Shown piece after piece: positions 1-8,730 of a DNA stretch of 20,131 nt (the first letter of the stretch is position 1; every line of letters starts with the position of its first letter). The notes below the pieces were generated by a model. That model searched no databases and had not been told where the DNA came from. It worked only from the letters and a program-made list of their open reading frames with translations. The position numbers and the translations under genes are program-made. The stretch comes from Promethearchaeia archaeon (lineage in GTDB: Archaea; Asgardarchaeota; Lokiarchaeia; Sigyniarchaeales; SOKP01): positions 1 through 20,131 of the forward strand of contig JAWOCD010000015.1 of assembly GCA_046483985.1 (NCBI GenBank), in the 5' to 3' direction.

Positions 1-1626
1 CACTAGTTTTCTGTAAATCTTGAGATAACCGGAGTTAATCTCTGGTTCGGGGCGTGTCCAGTTTCTTAATCTCTTATCCATTTCTTCTGGAGAGATTAGC
101 AAATTTAATTCCCGTCTCTCTATATCAATTTGAATCATATCTCCCTCTTCCACAATTGCAATGGGTCCTCCACTAAATGCTTCGGGACAGACATGCCCAA
201 TACATGGTCCTCGTGTCGCTCCAGAATATCTTCCATCCGTCACCATGGCAACAGAGTCGCCTAAACCCATCCCAACCAGCATGGCAGCGGGGATAGAAAG
301 CTCGCGCATTCCTGGACCGCCTTTTGGTCCTTCGTATCTGATTACCAACACGTCTCCCTCGTCTACTTGATGGTTCATGAGCGCATCTTTTACCTCCCCC
401 TCACATTCAAATACTCTAGCTGGACCTTTATGTTTTATCATCTTAGGATTAACCGCACTCTGCTTCACAATTGCTCCCTCTGGTGATAAATTACCTTTCA
501 AAACAGCAATTCCCCCCTCTTGATAAATCGGGTCTTCAAAATTACGAACGACTTGATAATCATCAAATTCAATTACATCTAAAAATTTTTCCAAGGTTAA
601 TCCCAACACAGTTTTCACCGAAAGGTCTAAGATCGGAGATAATTTTTTCATCAACACTGGAACTCCTCCCACATCATGAAAATCCGTAAGATTGTATTCA
701 GAAGCCGGCTTAAATTTCGCAAGTAAGGGCACAGACCTACTAATTTTATCAAAATCGAAATGGTTTAGATTGTCGCCAATTTCATGGGATAATGCCGCCA
801 TATGAAGGATCATGTTGGACGATCCTCCAAACGCTAAAGCTACTTTAATTGCATTTTCAATAGCGGTCTCTGTAATGAGATCTGTTGCTTTAACTTGATT
901 TTGAACCAATTGCATAATATATCTCCCGCTTTCCTCGCATAATACTTTCCGTTCAGTACTGACGGCATTCATTGTCGCACATGTGGGCAAGCTTAATCCC
1001 ATTGCTTCCACAATACATGCCATCGTATTTGCCGTTCCCATCATATTACATGATCCTGGGGAGCAACAAGTTTCCGATTCAATTAGATGAAATTCCTCCT
1101 CAGTTATCTTTCCCGCATTAAATTCCCCAATCGCCTCTTTTATATCACATGTCACGTATGTATTCCCTTCAAGCGGTCCTTCTTCAAACGTTTTTGGCTT
1201 CATAATTCCTCCCGTCACGAATAAGGTGGGAATATCGCACCGAACGGCAGCTAAGAGCATCCCCGGAATTATTTTATCACACGTACACATCATGACCATA
1301 CCGTCGAAATCATATGCTTTTACCGTGCACTCTATGGAGGAAGCAATCACCTCTCGGGTGGGTAATATGTATTTGGAAAAATTCCCGGAGTTTGCTATTC
1401 CATCGCACGACGCGATTGTATTAAATTCCATCGGAGTACCGCCGTTCTCCTTAATTCCCCTTTTAACGAATTTCGTCAATTTTCTCAAGTGAATATGTCC
1501 CGGGTTAATCTCATTCCAAGAATTGGCGATTGCGATTTTTGGCTTTTCCAGATCCTCATACGTATAGCCCGCTCCGAGGTATAAAGCGCGCTCGTAAGCT
1601 TTTCTAGGGTCCAGTTTATCGGTCAT
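1..1626 (-). CDS. ilvD: Dihydroxy-acid dehydratase (IlvD/Edd family), C-terminus runs off the window start
   Basis: Absent from the ORF track (no stop in window). Manual translation from ATG 1626: [20 protein letters not shown]...[20 protein letters not shown]...[12 protein letters not shown]...CDKIIPGML...[13 protein letters not shown]...[15 protein letters not shown]...[12 protein letters not shown]...[21 protein letters not shown]...[10 protein letters not shown]. Confidence 0.93.
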   Translation of the reverse strand, partial: MTDKLDPRKAYERALYLGAGYTYEDLEKPKIAIANSWNEINPGHIHLRKLTKFVKRGIKENGGTPMEFNTIASCDGIANSGNFSKYILPTREVIASSIECTVKAYDFDGMVMMCTCDKIIPGMLLAAVRCDIPTLFVTGGIMKPKTFEEGPLEGNTYVTCDIKEAIGEFNAGKITEEEFHLIESETCCSPGSCNMMGTANTMACIVEAMGLSLPTCATMNAVSTERKVLCEESGRYIMQLVQNQVKATDLITETAIENAIKVALAFGGSSNMILHMAALSHEIGDNLNHFDFDKISRSVPLLAKFKPASEYNLTDFHDVGGVPVLMKKLSPILDLSVKTVLGLTLEKFLDVIEFDDYQVVRNFEDPIYQEGGIAVLKGNLSPEGAIVKQSAVNPKMIKHKGPARVFECEGEVKDALMNHQVDEGDVLVIRYEGPKGGPGMRELSIPAAMLVGMGLGDSVAMVTDGRYSGATRGPCIGHVCPEAFSGGPIAIVEEGDMIQIDIERRELNLLISPEEMDKRLRNWTRPEPEINSGYLKIYRKLV

Positions 1627-1658
1627 ATATTATTATAGGTATCATATCTAAATAAAAC

Positions 1659-1880
1659 TCATTCTTTTTCAGCCTCCTCGTTGTACCACGCCTCTATGTC
1701 CTTAGCTGCTTCTGGGTGTTTCTTCTTGAACTCCTCGTTCACCCCTTTTTCCATCAGACAGTCCAAGCATATAGCCCGTATGTGTGCTGTATGTGAAACT
1801 CCGAACAGAACCTTTTCCACGAGTATCTTCCGACCACATGTGGGGCATTCACATTTACTATAGGTGTAGTTTGAATTCAT
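1659..1880 (-). CDS. Small hypothetical Zn-ribbon-like protein (73 aa)
   Basis: CPTC and CLDC cysteine pairs, charged C-terminus; its ATG overlaps the stop of the upstream ORF (ATGA at 1880-1877). Confidence 0.65.
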   Translation of the reverse strand: MNSNYTYSKCECPTCGRKILVEKVLFGVSHTAHIRAICLDCLMEKGVNEEFKKKHPEAAKDIEAWYNEEAEKE

Positions 1881-2029
1881 CTGGACCCTTCCTCTTCCCG
1901 ATCCCTATCCCTCATCTTGTCCTCCTCATAGCGGTCTACCAGGAACTTACCCATCTCCTCCTTCAGCTCCCTTATAGATTCCTTTAAATGGGTTCTTATG
2001 TTCAAGCTGCTCCAGCTGCTCCAGCTCAT
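1877..2029 (-). CDS. Small hypothetical protein (50 aa), possibly a DNA-binding regulator
   Basis: Below ORF-track cutoff: MSWSSWSSLNIRTHLKESIRELKEEMGKFLVDRYEEDKMRDRDREEEGSR. ATGA coupling to the next ORF; TTTTATATA box on the minus strand ~35-45 bp upstream. Confidence 0.55.
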   Translation of the reverse strand: MSWSSWSSLNIRTHLKESIRELKEEMGKFLVDRYEEDKMRDRDREEEGSR

Positions 2030-2042
2030 TTTTATAATCATC

Positions 2043-2123
2043 TAGATATATGTAGACATGTATCTATATAAAATATTTCCTAATAATGTTCGATAATCGA
2101 ACGCGGGTAAAAATGCTTATATA
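2043..2123. promoter_or_regulatory. Divergent promoter region with two palindromes
   Basis: TAGATATATGT-AG-ACATGTATCTA (2043-2066, 1 mismatch); GTTCGAT-A-ATCGAAC (2088-2102, perfect); TATA-like boxes facing both ways (~2066-2074 minus, CTTATATA 2116-2123 plus). Confidence 0.5.
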
Positions 2124-2157
2124 CACCCATAATAATAATGGTAATAATCGGTGAAGA

Positions 2158-2312
2158 ATGATCCCGATAGACAAGATCTATGTCAGCGACACGAACGTCC
2201 GAGCAGATAAACCCTTCGGAGACGAGGAGGACTACAGCCTATCCTGGTAAGGCCCGTCGGGGACATGTACGAGGTGATCGTAGGTAGGCGCTTTTGTACG
2301 AAAACTAAATAA
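2158..2312 (+). pseudogene. ParB/Srx N-terminal domain remnant (internal deletion, frameshift, truncation)
   Basis: GGTGA RBS, then MIPIDKIYVSDTNVRADKPFGDEED in one frame and LQPILVRPVGDMYEVIVGRR in another. These are ParB N-terminal motifs with the intervening LxxSIxxxG helix missing. Confidence 0.8.
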
Positions 2313-2399
2313 TCATCCCGTTATAATTACTACATAGAATTTTTCTCTCAATTCATAATTTTATTATGGTTGAATAAGAAGAGCTGGAGTGAAAAGACG

Positions 2400-3524
2400 A
2401 TGATAAACGTAGGTATTGTGGGCACGGGGCAAATATTTGACTTAAATATTTTAGGGTATTTAGATAATGAAGATGCAAGAATTGTTGCATTATGTAATCG
2501 AACGACTGAAAAAGCTGAAAAAAAACGCGCACAATTTGACCTTCCCGATGATATTCCGATATATTCTAATTGCACAGAGATGTTCGAGAAAGAAGAACTT
2601 GATCTGGTGGAAATTCTTCTCCCCCATCATCTCCATGTAGATGCTGTGTGTCTTGCGGCGAAAAAGGGAATAGACGTTGTTTCAGTTCAAAAGCCGATTG
2701 CCAGAACCTTGCAAGAAGCAGATAAGATGATTCAAACTTGCGAAAATGCTGGCACCCTTCTTTCGGTATATGAGAACTTTTTCTCTGATCCCCATCTCAA
2801 GAAGGCTAAAAAGTTGATCACAGACGATTATATCGGAGATATCTCATCCATTCGAATCAAAGTCGCATTGGCGGGGAAAGGCGGTTGGGAAATCCCCCAA
2901 GGTGCCAAAGAATGGCGTGCCGATCCCGAAAAATTGGGAGGGGCAAAGGAAGGATCTCCCATCTTATTTGATAACGGCTGGCATGCCTTTGCCTTGGGAT
3001 GGTGGTTCTATGACGAGCCAATCGAAAAAGTCCACGCCTGGACCGGAAATCTCAAGAATACTGATGCGCCAGCCTATGTTAAGTGGAAATGTAAAAGGGA
3101 CTTTAATAAGAAACACGTGGTTCCCCAATACGGGAATATCGAATTTACCCTTATGCCGGAGATGAAAATCCCCTCCAAATATTATCCCACTGATGAGTTC
3201 ATTGAAATTATCGGAAGCCGGGGGATAATGAAACTCAACCAATGTACTGCGCAAGGAAATACCATGTCCGAGTCCGACGTGTTTAAACCGATTGTGATCA
3301 TTCGGGATGGAAAAGTTGAGACGATTGACGATTCCCCGGGGGATTGGAAACAGAGTTTTATCAATGCCACACATCATGTAATTGAGACCGCAAAGGGAAA
3401 TGCAGAACCACTGCTTTCCGGAGAACAAGCCCGGGAGGTTCTGAAATTCAATCTAGCGGCGATTCAATCAGCGCAGAGGGAAAAGGAAATCTTTCTAGAC
3501 GAATTCTCCTCTCCAGCTAAATGA
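2400..3524 (+). CDS. Gfo/Idh/MocA family NAD(P)-dependent oxidoreductase
   Basis: MINVGIVGTGQI Rossmann start, PHHLH, VQKPIA, ENF, DNGWH. ATG 2400 (GGAGTGA RBS) preferred over TTG 2370. Confidence 0.92.
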   Translation: MINVGIVGTGQIFDLNILGYLDNEDARIVALCNRTTEKAEKKRAQFDLPDDIPIYSNCTEMFEKEELDLVEILLPHHLHVDAVCLAAKKGIDVVSVQKPIARTLQEADKMIQTCENAGTLLSVYENFFSDPHLKKAKKLITDDYIGDISSIRIKVALAGKGGWEIPQGAKEWRADPEKLGGAKEGSPILFDNGWHAFALGWWFYDEPIEKVHAWTGNLKNTDAPAYVKWKCKRDFNKKHVVPQYGNIEFTLMPEMKIPSKYYPTDEFIEIIGSRGIMKLNQCTAQGNTMSESDVFKPIVIIRDGKVETIDDSPGDWKQSFINATHHVIETAKGNAEPLLSGEQAREVLKFNLAAIQSAQREKEIFLDEFSSPAK

Positions 3525-3552
3525 AAAGTATATTATGTAGTCGAAATCGCTT

Positions 3553-4776
3553 ATGAAAATTCCAAAATTCGTGAAGGTATTTATTATCTTCTTATTACTG
3601 TTCGTTGTACCCTACGGAATGTATTTTTTGTATCGCCTCGATAAACCTAAGATGATTAAAGCCCTTCCCGACCCGTTTGTATTTAATAACGGGACATATG
3701 TTGAAACGGAAACGGATTGGTCAGCACGGAGGGAGGAAATCAAACAGCTATTGTTAGATGAGGAATACGGTCATATGCCCGGACGCCCGGACGCAATCGA
3801 GGCCGAGCTCACAGACTTAAAAGAACGGGATGATGATAGCATCCTCGCTCAAGTGAACTTATCAATTATACCCTTCAATGATTCGGACACGAAGATAGAA
3901 TTACCCGTTGATCTCTACATCCCCAAGGGAGAGGGTCCTTTTCCAACATTGGTCAAGGTTTCCCCAGACGGTACAGGAAATCAAGTGGAAATCAATACAC
4001 TCATTGTGGAACGCGGGTATATATTTGTCTGTTTTCATCATACCGAACTTGATCCGGATACGAAAGGGTACGATATGAAAGGCCCTTGTCAAAAAACCTA
4101 TTCGAACTATAGTTGGGGGAGCTTGGCGGTATGGGCTTGGGGGGCGATGCGGGTGGCAGACTTTCTGTTACAAGAACCTTGGAGCGTCCGTTTAAACGAG
4201 ATCCCCGAGATACGGCCCGATGCATTAATAATTACTGGACATTCCCGTCGAGGAAAAACGGCATTATTAGCCGGCGCCATGGATGAAAGGTTTTCGATGG
4301 TAGTTCCTAACGACAGCGGGTGCGGAGGAGCGGGAAGCTTCTTGATACAAGGACATTTTAGCGAAACAATTGCTGACATCACCTCAAAGGCGCGCTTTAA
4401 ATCGTGGTTTCATCAAGATTTTGGCGATTATGCGGGGAAGGAATACAAGTTATCCTTTGACCAGCATTTTTTACGAGCCTTGGTGGCACCCCGTCTTATG
4501 CTTTCCACAGAGGCGTTTTGGGATGTATGGTCAAATCCAACGGGAACCCAAGCAATTTTTGAGGCATGTATTCCCGTTTTTGCATTTCTGGGCGTGAAAG
4601 AGAATAATGCCATTCATTATCGAATGTGGGGCGGACATGCATATACTGATGCGGATTTTAAGGTTGTCCTCGACTTTTCGGATAAAATGCTTCTAAACAA
4701 GGATGTCTCGGGAGACTTTTATATGACGCCATTTGATATCGACTTTCCTATTCCCTACGGGATCCCAAATCAATAA
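3553..4776 (+). CDS. Membrane-anchored carbohydrate esterase family 15 (glucuronoyl esterase-like) alpha/beta hydrolase
   Basis: N-terminal TM helix; LPDPF, WxxRRxEI, WAWGAMRVAD, GHSRRGK nucleophile motif, DSGCGGA, DQHFLRALVAPR, GGH. Confidence 0.85.
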   Translation: MKIPKFVKVFIIFLLLFVVPYGMYFLYRLDKPKMIKALPDPFVFNNGTYVETETDWSARREEIKQLLLDEEYGHMPGRPDAIEAELTDLKERDDDSILAQVNLSIIPFNDSDTKIELPVDLYIPKGEGPFPTLVKVSPDGTGNQVEINTLIVERGYIFVCFHHTELDPDTKGYDMKGPCQKTYSNYSWGSLAVWAWGAMRVADFLLQEPWSVRLNEIPEIRPDALIITGHSRRGKTALLAGAMDERFSMVVPNDSGCGGAGSFLIQGHFSETIADITSKARFKSWFHQDFGDYAGKEYKLSFDQHFLRALVAPRLMLSTEAFWDVWSNPTGTQAIFEACIPVFAFLGVKENNAIHYRMWGGHAYTDADFKVVLDFSDKMLLNKDVSGDFYMTPFDIDFPIPYGIPNQ

Positions 4777-4814
4777 ATGCCAGTCTTTCTTAATTTATTC
4801 TTGGTGAAGATAAT

Positions 4815-5702
4815 ATGGTTTTTATAGATGAAGAAGGCAAATTTAATGAATATTCCTATTTACTTGACGCCCTATTCCTAAAGTTAGAAAAGACGTGTGC
4901 GTTGTATGTGATTGAAAGTGAGGGCGAAAAAATGCTCATTGATACCGGAGAAAAGCTAAACGCCAGGAAACTTATAAAGAAATTGAAAGCATTTGATCTG
5001 TATCCCATCGATAAATTGTTTTTAACGCATGCTCACTGGGACCACATTCAAGCGCTTCCAAAAATTAGGAAACTCCACAAAGACCATGAATTTGAGGTAT
5101 TTGCATCCGAAAATGCTCTGGATGTCTTAAAAGACCCCGAGGACATGAACGAATTTTTTGGATATTACGTAGAACCTATTGAAGGGGTAACCCCTTTAAC
5201 CGAAAACGATGTTCTTAAGGTAGGAGGGTTGGAATTACAAATCCATAACTTTTTTGGCCATACGATGGACTCAATTGCACTTGAAAATCCCGAAACGAAA
5301 AATCTCTTTGTCGGAGATGCCATTCTCGATCATATCGACCCCAATACATACATACCCGTACTATTCGGGCCGCATTTTAACGAGGAGGCGCTATTACAAA
5401 CATATGAGAAATTACGGGGAATGAAAGATTCCCTAGATTCTATTTCACTTGCGCATTTTGGAGTCTGGAAAGGATCGCATTGCGAAAGATTAATTGAGAA
5501 TGCGGAAGTTCTCTATCTCAAGGCGAAGAATTCCTTAATAGAATGGTATAATGAAGGACTCTCAGTTAACGAGATCACGAAAAAATATCACGATGAATTG
5601 ATTCCAGATTCGGAGATTTTTAGCGAAGATTCGCTTATGGGATTACGCTGGAATATCGAGCAAAATCTGGATACTTTAAGAGCAGCAAACTTTATAGAAT
5701 AG
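4815..5702 (+). CDS. MBL-fold metallo-hydrolase
   Basis: LIDTG, THAHWDH (HxHxDH), GHT, GDA, AHFG; GGTGA RBS upstream. Confidence 0.92.
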   Translation: MVFIDEEGKFNEYSYLLDALFLKLEKTCALYVIESEGEKMLIDTGEKLNARKLIKKLKAFDLYPIDKLFLTHAHWDHIQALPKIRKLHKDHEFEVFASENALDVLKDPEDMNEFFGYYVEPIEGVTPLTENDVLKVGGLELQIHNFFGHTMDSIALENPETKNLFVGDAILDHIDPNTYIPVLFGPHFNEEALLQTYEKLRGMKDSLDSISLAHFGVWKGSHCERLIENAEVLYLKAKNSLIEWYNEGLSVNEITKKYHDELIPDSEIFSEDSLMGLRWNIEQNLDTLRAANFIE

Positions 5703-5703
5703 G

Positions 5704-5727
5704 AGAGATGGAAATCCATCTCTTTTT
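5704..5727 (+). terminator. Hairpin plus T-tract terminator
   Basis: AGAGATGGA-AA-TCCATCTCT followed by TTTT, directly after the MBL stop. Confidence 0.6.
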
Positions 5728-5809
5728 GGTTAGTAGTTACTGAGCCAATGGGGCATGCTCTTCGGGATACTCTATTTTATATTTATTATGACTCGCAATC
5801 TCTCAAGTC

Positions 5810-5895
5810 TGGGAATGTTTGAGATTTAGTGGGAAAAGTCTGAGGAAAGTGGGAAAATTACCAAAAAAATGGGAAAAACTATTTATGAGTGGAAA
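5810..5895 (+). promoter_or_regulatory. Five TGGGAA boxes at exact 20-bp spacing (probable antitoxin operator)
   Basis: TGGGAA at 5810, 5830, 5850 and 5870; TGGAAA at 5890; directly upstream of the antitoxin start. Confidence 0.65.
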
Positions 5896-5909
5896 AATAT
5901 ATATTATAT

Positions 5910-6149
5910 ATGATAGGTAAATGCGATGATAAAGGAAGACTTTATATCCCAAAAAAGCTACAATCGAAAATCAAGGGAAATGTGTATTTGGTGGAATTGA
6001 AGGAAGGATTATTAGTCGTGCCTATCCCCGAAGATCCCGTTTCGCAACTACGATCGATTGGAAAGGAGTTACCCGATAAATCGATTTCGGAACTTAAAGA
6101 CATAATCAAACAGGAAGCGTTAAAAGACATATCCGAAGAGGAGAAATAA
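5910..6149 (+). CDS. vapB: AbrB/MazE/SpoVT-domain antitoxin (VapB-type)
   Basis: MIGKCDDKGRLYIPKKL swapped-hairpin signature, acidic tail, 4 bp upstream of a PIN gene; ATG 5910 preferred over GTG 5889. Confidence 0.85.
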   Translation: MIGKCDDKGRLYIPKKLQSKIKGNVYLVELKEGLLVVPIPEDPVSQLRSIGKELPDKSISELKDIIKQEALKDISEEEK

Positions 6150-6153
6150 AAAG

Positions 6154-6528
6154 ATGTATGCCGATACTGATTTTTTTCTCGCCTTGTTAAAACCCTCAGA
6201 CTGGTTGAAGAACAGAGCAGAATCCATATATTCGGAAATGAAAGAGAAAATTCGGACTGCAGAAGTTACCTTTATAGAATTGCTATTGTTAGCAAAAAGG
6301 TTTGGCTTACCCGCAATTACAACGACGGCGGCCGCAATGAAAATAAGTAATTATAAAGATACAATCCCTTTAATGGCGGCAAAGTATATTGAAGAAGGGG
6401 TGGGGGTGTTTGATGCATTTCATGCGGCTCATTGTAAAAAGAAAGAGAAGATTATAAGTTCGGATCACATTTACGATTCTCTCGGACTGGAGCGGGTTAA
6501 ATTAGAAGAGTGCAATGATGAATCCTAA
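6154..6528 (+). CDS. vapC: PIN-domain toxin (VapC)
   Basis: YADTDFFLAL, TFIEL, FDAFHAA, IISSDHIYD: the conserved PIN acidic residues; 124 aa. Confidence 0.9.
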   Translation: MYADTDFFLALLKPSDWLKNRAESIYSEMKEKIRTAEVTFIELLLLAKRFGLPAITTTAAAMKISNYKDTIPLMAAKYIEEGVGVFDAFHAAHCKKKEKIISSDHIYDSLGLERVKLEECNDES

Positions 6529-6554
6529 AAGAAAGATGTAGCAAAGGTTCGCTT

Positions 6555-7039
6555 ATGGGATTAACTAATCCGAATTCTGATCAAACCTTAATTGATCCGA
6601 ATTCTGATCAGACTAATAGTTTTGAAATAGAGAAAATAAGAATCCTGTTAATTATTCCATTGCTGGGCCCTTCGATGATCATGAAATTTTAATTCTATTC
6701 AAGTTTGGGATCCCCACGCCTGTTCATGATTACCTTGACGGAATCAAATGGAATAGTATAACAGTTGACGGAAACACCGTGACCTTGGAGATGGATCCTT
6801 CCTTCTTTGGCGAATTTATTGGTAAGACGGTGAAGAAAGTAATGGAATTTGATGATAATGGAAATTTATTATCATATAAACATACCGATGCTGAGGGGAA
6901 TGTTGCAATTAAACTTATTCCCGAACAGATGCTTATTCTTGGATTTCAATTTAATTTGCTACTCATTATCATGGCGAGTTCTGCATTAGGTCTCGTCTAT
7001 TATTCGAAAAAGAAATATAAACGAAAAATAGCCAGGTGA
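6555..7039 (+). pseudogene. Remnant of a cell-surface protein with a Loki-CTERM-like C-terminal anchor
   Basis: The 6779-7039 frame is open back to 6626 with no start (ENKNPVNYSIAGPFDD...KFGIPTPVHDYLDGIKWNSITVDGNTVTLE). It ends ILGF + hydrophobic helix + SKKKYKRK. An upstream out-of-frame piece MGLTNPNSDQTLIDPNSDQ suggests a frameshift near 6625. Confidence 0.55.
6568..6610 (+). repeat. Two-copy direct repeat, 27-bp period
   Basis: ATCCGAATTCTGATCA at 6568 and 6595 (encodes PNSDQ twice). Confidence 0.8.
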
Positions 7040-7080
7040 AAACTCTCCTTCCCAATCTTCTTTTTTTTTATTAAATTTCC

Positions 7081-8355
7081 TTAGAGATTATATTCATATT
7101 CGAATTTTTCATGCTCCAGCCCTTGCTTTTTTCCCTTTCTCATATCCATCTTTTGACGCCATAGGAATTTAATCGCTTTGAATAGCGCTTTTCGCTTTTT
7201 AAAAAAAGGCTCAACAACACACACATTTTTCGCCTCATTTTCCGGAGTAAGTTCGTCCCACAACACATTTTTTCCCCTTTGATGGGAGATGTATGGCATC
7301 TTTGCGAAGATACAGAGATTCTTTCCTTGCTCTCCCGTGTATACGGGAGTACCGTCTGTTTTCATCACGTCTATGAAATGCATGGTCGAATTTATGAAGG
7401 AATGTCGCCAATCCCGTGCGAGATCTTCTCCGTAGGTTTGCACCTTTTCATCCTTATATACCACAATAGGGGGAAATTGGGGAGTTTCGGACACAAAATT
7501 TCCGCCCGACGTACATTGATTTATCCACATTATTCCTTTTGTTCCGGTAATCTCTATAAATTCGTCACATTCATAATAATTACTCGGATAATAGAGATTG
7601 GCCGATAAGCTAAATTCCATTGTGCCATATTTACGAGTTTCATTAGGATCATCTGGATCGTGTTTAGGATATTGGAAAAAGATATGATCTGGTCCATCCA
7701 TAATTCCCGAAAAAAAGTCCATCCACGCGTGTACAGTTTCCACCCGTTCCTCATCCATCAGCCAGAGAGCCATCGAAAACTTATGAATCCCGTCATCGTA
7801 AACCCATGGACCTCCTCCGCATTTTTCTACTTGGACCCTCCAAAGATAGGACTTCAAGAGGCTCAATGGCATTCCAGGTCCCGCCGTTCCAATCGTATTT
7901 ATTCGGAAACTTAACCGCTTTCCGATAATACCCTCGTCCAACAATTCTTTTGCCCTCATATAGGGCGGATAAAACCGGAAATTTTCGAAGCTTTTCAATT
8001 TTACCCCTTCTTTCTTACAGACATTAATAATCCGTTCACAATCGGTTATGGTGTGTGCCATTGGCTTCTGTACACAAATTCCGGGAACTCCCGCTTTTGC
8101 ACAATATTCAGCCATATCAGCGTGGAGATGATGTGGCGTAAGAATTTCCACAATATCTAAATCTTCTCGGGAAACCATCTGTTTATAATCTTCATAGATA
8201 TTGGCAGTTCTTGTACCCCATCGTTCTACTTTTTTCTTAGCTGAATCGGTATTAGTATCAGCAACTGCTACCATCTTCGCATCTTGAGAATATAAATACC
8301 CTAACACGTTAAGATTAGAAATGACACCAGTCCCAATAATTCCAACTCTAAGCAA
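7081..8355 (-). CDS. Gfo/Idh/MocA family oxidoreductase, paralogue of 2400-3524
   Basis: LRVGIIGTGVI, TPHHLH, VQKPMA, ENF, DDGIH; TTG start with AGGAG RBS 10 nt upstream. Confidence 0.92.
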   Translation of the reverse strand: MLRVGIIGTGVISNLNVLGYLYSQDAKMVAVADTNTDSAKKKVERWGTRTANIYEDYKQMVSREDLDIVEILTPHHLHADMAEYCAKAGVPGICVQKPMAHTITDCERIINVCKKEGVKLKSFENFRFYPPYMRAKELLDEGIIGKRLSFRINTIGTAGPGMPLSLLKSYLWRVQVEKCGGGPWVYDDGIHKFSMALWLMDEERVETVHAWMDFFSGIMDGPDHIFFQYPKHDPDDPNETRKYGTMEFSLSANLYYPSNYYECDEFIEITGTKGIMWINQCTSGGNFVSETPQFPPIVVYKDEKVQTYGEDLARDWRHSFINSTMHFIDVMKTDGTPVYTGEQGKNLCIFAKMPYISHQRGKNVLWDELTPENEAKNVCVVEPFFKKRKALFKAIKFLWRQKMDMRKGKKQGLEHEKFEYEYNL

Positions 8356-8516
8356 TTTTGAATTGCTCCTTATATTTCTTTCAGATAGTTTAAAAGTCCT
8401 TTCATAGCAATTAAATTTTATCCTAATCCGCGGATGAGAATATTCTGGAAAAATTTATAAAATTTTTAAAGTAAGAAAAATCATACTAAAAAAACTCACT
8501 TCAATTAAGAATATAA

Positions 8517-8666
8517 ATGCCTTCCAAAATGGATGATTCAAAGAACGATTTGAAAAAAGCTCTTGAGGAAGAACGCCAAATTAAGACTGAAAGTAAAGAT
8601 ATTAATGAATGTGATGAGCAAGAGCGAGAAACTATGCGAGAATTATTAAAGGAAGGCCTATTATAA
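8517..8666 (+). CDS. Small charged hypothetical protein (49 aa)
   Basis: MPSKMDDSKNDLKKALEEERQIKTESKDINECDEQERETMRELLKEGLL; purine-rich coding-like composition, TATA-like sequence upstream and T-tract downstream; below ORF-track cutoff. Confidence 0.5.
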   Translation: MPSKMDDSKNDLKKALEEERQIKTESKDINECDEQERETMRELLKEGLL

Positions 8667-8730
8667 GCAAACTATTTTTCATTCCACTTTATTAAAACTT
8701 AAATTAATGAAATCAATGGGTTTTATTTAT

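Noticed and set aside
161-1492. Plus-strand ORFs 161-370, 471-689, 1226-1492
   Set aside because: Antisense shadows of ilvD.
2348-4613. Short alternative-frame or antisense ORFs over the Gfo and CE15 genes (likewise over 7081-8355, the lipid operon, guaAB and CocE)
   Set aside because: Nested in well-supported genes with no recognisable motifs.
5810-5895. TGGGAA array as CRISPR or G-quadruplex
   Set aside because: Repeat only 6-10 bp with 20-bp period; G-runs too far apart for a typical quadruplex.
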